64,000 nucleotides of DNA, taken from the NCBI GenBank assembly GCA_963823665.1, contig CAWGMQ010000003.1, positions 576,001 to 640,000 on the forward strand, in the 5' to 3' direction. Each line of letters starts with the position of its first letter. Position 1 is the first letter of the stretch. Below, in pieces: positions 60,501 to 64,000 of this stretch. A model generated the notes under the pieces. That model had not been told where the DNA came from, did not search any database, and saw only the letters and a program-made list of their open reading frames with translations. A program made the translations under genes and the position numbers. The DNA comes from an uncultured Planctomycetota bacterium (GTDB taxonomy: Bacteria; Planctomycetota; Planctomycetia; Isosphaerales; Isosphaeraceae).

Positions 60501-60739
60501 TCGTAGCCGCTGAGATGAGGCGGTTGGGCGGTCCACGGCCTGGCCGCCGCCGTGCCGGCCTCGGAGCCGGCGGACGAGGGAAGCAGGACGTCGAGCTTGG
60601 CCTCGAGCCGGCGCACGTATTGCAGGCGCGCCTTGACCTCGGCCAGCAACTCGGCGTCGCCCGGGCACACCTCCTCAGGGCTCTTACCCGTATCGAGGAT
60701 TACCTCGAGCAGGTCTCGCAGGTCTCGCTCGCCTGCCAT
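57380..60739 (-). CDS. Ser/Thr kinase-TM-TPR protein, copy 2 (intact frame; probable stop-loss extension)
   Basis: MAGERDLRDLLE start, complete kinase motifs, TM, multiple TPRs (YNNLG, AHNNLG), RYRAACAA, RRQAREWLRAE tail. Confidence 0.9.
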   Translation of the reverse strand: MAGERDLRDLLEVILDTGKSPEEVCPGDAELLAEVKARLQYVRRLEAKLDVLLPSSAGSEAGTAAARPWTAQPPHLSGYEVQDELGRGGMGVVYRAWDQRLHRPVAIKMLLAGDFARPDERERFEREAEAAAGLRHANIVQVYQVGDFEGRPYFTMEFVEGGSLAEKLAGTPLAGGPAAMLLATVAEAVQAAHDRGIVHRDLKPGNVLLTEDGTPKIADFGLARRLDDGAGLSRSGIPLGTPNYMAPEQALGLTHSIGPVADVYALGAILYEALTGRPPFRAETTAETLRQVVEQEPTPPSRWNAKVPRDLEVICLKCLRKEPHRRYSSAAALAADLRRFERAEPITARPSGPLERSVRWLGRRRVQAAALALGTLLGVALLGAGLWLKSVREAGMRRERDTARLDQSLVSRMDAIHLARAALVGGRLNPAADRRFNYARADRDYESALREAGVGTIGDDTASVARRIAASTVREQLLAALADWSACATFESRRAWVLEVARRVDPEPWRDRARDPAVWADRTALATTARTASLSAQPVPFLVALGERLWALGGDGAAFLARVHQAHPDDFWAALTLARALQEGGDHKGADAAYQRALELRGDSAAVYNNLGNMSTSKGRWDEAADYFRKSLEIDPNFAPAHNNLGLALKGQGKWSEAFHQFQVAIRFGPELAPPHNNLGELRAYKGWLDEAIAEYRQALRLDPEFGRAEYMLGVALAAQGRLDEANDRDQRAVRDDPVRAEAQKKTRLIAVDQGIINYQRALGIDPNATLSRASLGLAPGDADRLNEAIGHYETAVRIEPWLWLAHAARGQALVALGRFREALTATRRCLDRLPQGHELRSNVLAQLRRCERLIALQDRLSAVLQGNEKAADASEAFELAELCGILGQPAAAARLYAEGLDALPRMADDLHTEHRYRAACAATLVGCGLGASAAGLSEAERARWRQQAREWLRAEVTLWSSVLDRGPQADRLLVAQKVAHLWADPQLDGLLNREALDRLPPAERQECRALRDAIDVQIRRAETINRSSGVRFEDLLRKLPHAWISGHRTRVPTSSRRPTSVGPSLRRAQIVELLRQEQHSPIQPPLHRLARDAQNAGDFVMGQSLDSDQAEDFPLLFR

Positions 60740-60746
60740 CGTTGGG
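59597..60746. repeat. 1,150-bp direct repeat, copy B
   Basis: Near-identical to 55676-56825. Confidence 0.95.
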
Positions 60747-60797
60747 CCTCCGCACATCTTCCCCGATCCCGCGCAGTCACGAGCTCCTGGCTCGGGC

Positions 60798-61415
60798 CTA
60801 CGTCTCGCCCGGCGACTGCCCGGTGGGCCGGAGGTCTTCCAGCCGCTGCGACAAGATGAGCAGCGCGCGATTGATCCGCCGCTGCACCGTCTTGATCGAC
60901 ACGCCGAGCACCTCGGCAGCCTCCCCGTGAGTGAGCCCCTGGATCCGCACCAGGCCAAACGCCTCACACTCGTCGGCTGGCAGCGTCTCAATCGCCTCCA
61001 GGATGCGGCGAGCGTCCGGAGTGAGCACGGACCCGCTGCTGGGTGGGGACGGCACCAGCTCCTCGCGGAGCTCGAAACCTGTGGACTGTGCATCTAAGCG
61101 GCGGGCCAGGTCATTGAGCTCCCAGCGCATGTGCTGGTTTGCCAGAGCGAAGAACTCGCGCACAGTTCGAGGGCGAACCGTGCGCATGGCCTTGAGCAAC
61201 CGCTCGACCACGGCCCCAAGGAACTCGTTGGTCTCGAGATTGAGCGGCGGCCGGGTCAGGCGCGGATAGCTGCTGTAGAGCATGCCGCCACACAACATCT
61301 CCAGCCGGCCGGCGGCGCGGTCGAAGAGTGCCCGGATGATGGGGTCGGCGGGTGCGTCTCCGGCCAGCGCGTCGATGTAGCGCTGCACGGCGGCGGTGGT
61401 GTGATCCTCGCTCAT
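60798..61415 (-). CDS. ECF sigma-70 factor (paralogue of 56948-57574)
   Basis: MSEDHTTAAVQRYI..ANQHMRWELNDLARR..GLTHGEAAEVLGVSIKTVQRRINRA. Confidence 0.9.
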   Translation of the reverse strand: MSEDHTTAAVQRYIDALAGDAPADPIIRALFDRAAGRLEMLCGGMLYSSYPRLTRPPLNLETNEFLGAVVERLLKAMRTVRPRTVREFFALANQHMRWELNDLARRLDAQSTGFELREELVPSPPSSGSVLTPDARRILEAIETLPADECEAFGLVRIQGLTHGEAAEVLGVSIKTVQRRINRALLILSQRLEDLRPTGQSPGET

Positions 61416-61615
61416 CGCGGATCCCCTAGCGTACGGGTCGTCCGTCATCGACAGCGATTGTACCGCTATCGGTGTCCACGGGCCACGCTCAGGGGATCAG
61501 CGGGGAGGAGGGCGGTCGACCCCTCAAGCCGCGCGCCCTTCACCTCGGTTCGTCAGCATGGTCGCCAGGAGCTCGATGTCCGGGCACACGGCTTACCATA
61601 GGTGAGGATCCCGGG

Positions 61616-64000
61616 ATGGCCAACGATCCACGCGTCCAGGAACTGCTGGAGAAACTCCTCAACTCGGGGGGCACGCCCGAGGAGGTCTGCCGCGCGTCGC
61701 CCGAGCTGCTGCCGCGGGTCCGCGCGGGTTGGCAGCGACTGCGCGCCGTCGAGGCCGAGATCGGCGCGTTGTTTCCCAAGGCCCCCCCAGACGGCGCGAC
61801 GTCGGCGGTCCTCCCGGCCAGCGAGCCGCCGCGGGTCCGCGGATATGACGTGCAGGCTGTGCTGGGCCATGGCGGCATGGGCATCGTCTACAAGGCCTGG
61901 CACATGCGGCTCAACCGCCCGGTCGCCCTGAAGATGCTGATCAATGGCGCGTTCGCCCGCCCGAGCGAGCTGGAACGGTTCTTGCGAGAAGCCCAGGCTG
62001 TGGCCGGGCTGCGTCATCCGAATATCGTGCTGGTCCACGACGTCGGCGATGTGGACGGCCGGCCCTACTTCACGATGGAGTATGTCGAGGCGGGGAGCCT
62101 GTCCCAGAAGATCGCGGGCATGCCTCAGCCGGCGGGCCAGGCGGCCGCGCTGGTGGCAGTCCTGGCCCACGCTACCCACGTCGCTCACCGGGGTGGGATC
62201 GTCCACCGCGATCTCAAGCCAGCCAATATCCTGCTCACGGCCGACGGCACGCCCAAGATCACCGATTTCGGCCTGGCGCGGCGACTGGAGGCCGGCGGCG
62301 AGCTCACCCAGAGCGGCGCCATGCTCGGGACGCCGAGCTACATGGCCCCCGAGCAAGCCAAGGGCAAGCGGGATGCGATCGGGCCGGCGACGGACGTGTA
62401 CGCGCGAGGGGCGATCCTCTACGAACTGCTGACGGGCCGGCCGCCATTCCGTGGGGCGACGGCGACGGAGACGCAGTGGCAGGTGATCGAGCAGCAGCCG
62501 GTGCCGCCTTCGCGGCTCAACGCCAAGGTCCCGAGGGACCTGGAGACCGTCTGCCTGAAGTGCCTGGAGAAGGAACCCGGGCGTCGCTATGAGACGGCCA
62601 TCGACCTGGCCGAGGATCTCGGGCGGTTTGTCAACCATGAGCCGATCCGGGCTCGCCAGGTCGGGCCTGTGGGCCGGGCCCTGCGGTGGGCGCGGTGCCG
62701 GCCGTCACAGGCGGCGCTGCTGGCGGGCGGCCTGCTGCTGGCGATGAGTCTGGTCGGCGGCGGCGTGTGGGTCAGGACGGAGCGGGCGGTGACCCGTGCG
62801 CGGTCGAGGCCGACCTGCGCGAGGCCGAAGGCCACCAGCGCGAGTCGGACTGGGTGAAGGCGGGAGCCGCGCTCGAGCGGGCCCGCGGCCGGCTGGGCGG
62901 CCGTGGGCCGAGCGACCTGCTCGGGCGCCTCAAGCAAGATCAGCACGCGATGGACCTGGCCCTCCGCCTTGAGAACATCCGGCTCAATCGGGCGGGGTTG
63001 ATCGACGGACGCTTCGACTTGCCGCGTAACGGAACGATCGCGGCCCAGGCTTACCAGACGGTGTTTGACGAGGCCTGGCGCGGTCATTTTCCCGAGCACC
63101 TCGGGCGAGCCGCGGAGTGGATCGACAGGTCACCCGTGCGCGCGGCGCTGCTCGGCGCACTCGAGGATTGGGCGGTCTGCACGAACGATCTGAACCAGCG
63201 AGAAGCGCTGATGCGGGTCGCGCGCGTTGCCGACCCGAATGCCTGGCGCGACCGGCTGCGCACTCCCAAGAACTGGGGAGAGCGGGCAAAGCTGGAGCAA
63301 CTTGTCCGCACGGTGCCGTCGTCGGAGCGCTCCGTGAAATTGCTGACCGTCCTGGCGTTGCGGTTGCGTGACAGCGGAGGGGATGGCGTCGGGGTGCTGC
63401 GTCGCGTGCAGCTCATGGATCCCACTGATTTCTGGGCGAATTACACCCTGGCCTACGAGCTGAGAGAAACGGAGCCGGGGACGGCCATCGGTTATTACCG
63501 GGCCGCGCTGGCCGTTCGACCGGGAACGACCGTCCTCTACCATCACCTGGGCATGTGCCTGCACAAAGCGGGTCGTACGGATGAAGCGATCGACACGTTA
63601 CGGCGGGCCACCCAGATCGATCCGAGGTTCCGCGGCGTTTACAACGATCTTGGCATCATCCTGGAGGCCAAGTGGCGGCTGGACGAAGCGATCGAGCAAT
63701 ATGAGCAGGCCATCCGGGTCGACCCTACGTATGCGCTGTCGCGTTACAACCTCGGCAGGGCCCTGATTGTCCGGAACCGACTTGACGAGGCAATCGACCA
63801 CCTGAAGCGGGCTATCGAGATCAACCCCAAGTGGGTCGATGCGCAGACCGACTCGCGCGGGCGCTGTTGCAGCGGGGTCGGCGCGACGAGGCGATGGCGC
63901 ACATCCGAGAGGCGCTCCGACTCGACCCCAACTCGAGCGACGCTCTGACCCACCTCGCCCGTTCCCTGGAAGAACAGGGCCGGCCCGACGAGGCCCTCGC
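61616..64000 (+). CDS. Ser/Thr kinase-TM-TPR protein, copy 3 (frameshifts near 62800 and 63850; runs off the window)
   Basis: MANDPRVQELLE, LGHGGMGIVY, HRDLKPANILL, DFGLAR, GTPSYMAPE, PTDFWAN, TPRs. Confidence 0.9.

Noticed and set aside
53745..60746. Diversity-generating retroelement template/variable repeat pair
   Set aside because: There is no reverse transcriptase in the window, and the differences are not adenine-specific.
1422..64000. Mass pseudogenisation or programmed frameshifting suggested by the many split ORFs
   Set aside because: Single-base shifts are scattered through unrelated genes whose motifs are otherwise intact, with no shared slippery motif. Long-read indel error is more parsimonious.
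1..64000. CRISPR array, rRNA or tRNA genes
   Set aside because: No regularly spaced short repeats or recognisable full structural RNA genes seen.

Overview
GC-rich bacterial window, very likely from a planctomycete (Isosphaeraceae/Singulisphaera-like). This call rests on DUF1559 prepilin-like genes, an LExRxLL export motif, ECF sigma/Ser-Thr kinase pairs and 'LSRSERR'-type REPs. Left part (1-10.8 kb): dipeptidase-like gene, TPR protein, groES-groEL with terminator, and a cluster behind a Fur-like box (DUF1559, RAYT transposase with REPs, DUF1559, HEAT lipoprotein, Tat-exported prenyltransferase-repeat protein). Centre (10.8-41.9 kb, minus strand): one ~25 kb gene for a ~8,300 aa modular surface protein, preceded by an ECF sigma factor and a kinase-WD40-TPR gene. 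42-45 kb: a scar zone with fused gene fragments (protease, integrase, azoreductase) and two tandem tmRNA 3'-end fragments, which probably mark an island boundary. Right part (45-64 kb): GH15, SDR, an MFS/HlyD efflux pair with only a TolC stub, DUF1269, a CoA-transferase and an array of three kinase-TPR genes with two ECF sigma factors. Two of those kinases share a near-identical 1,150 bp block but have diverged C-terminal halves. Single-base frameshifts in many unrelated genes look like long-read errors, so split ORFs are merged below. All family calls come from motif recognition, not database searches.
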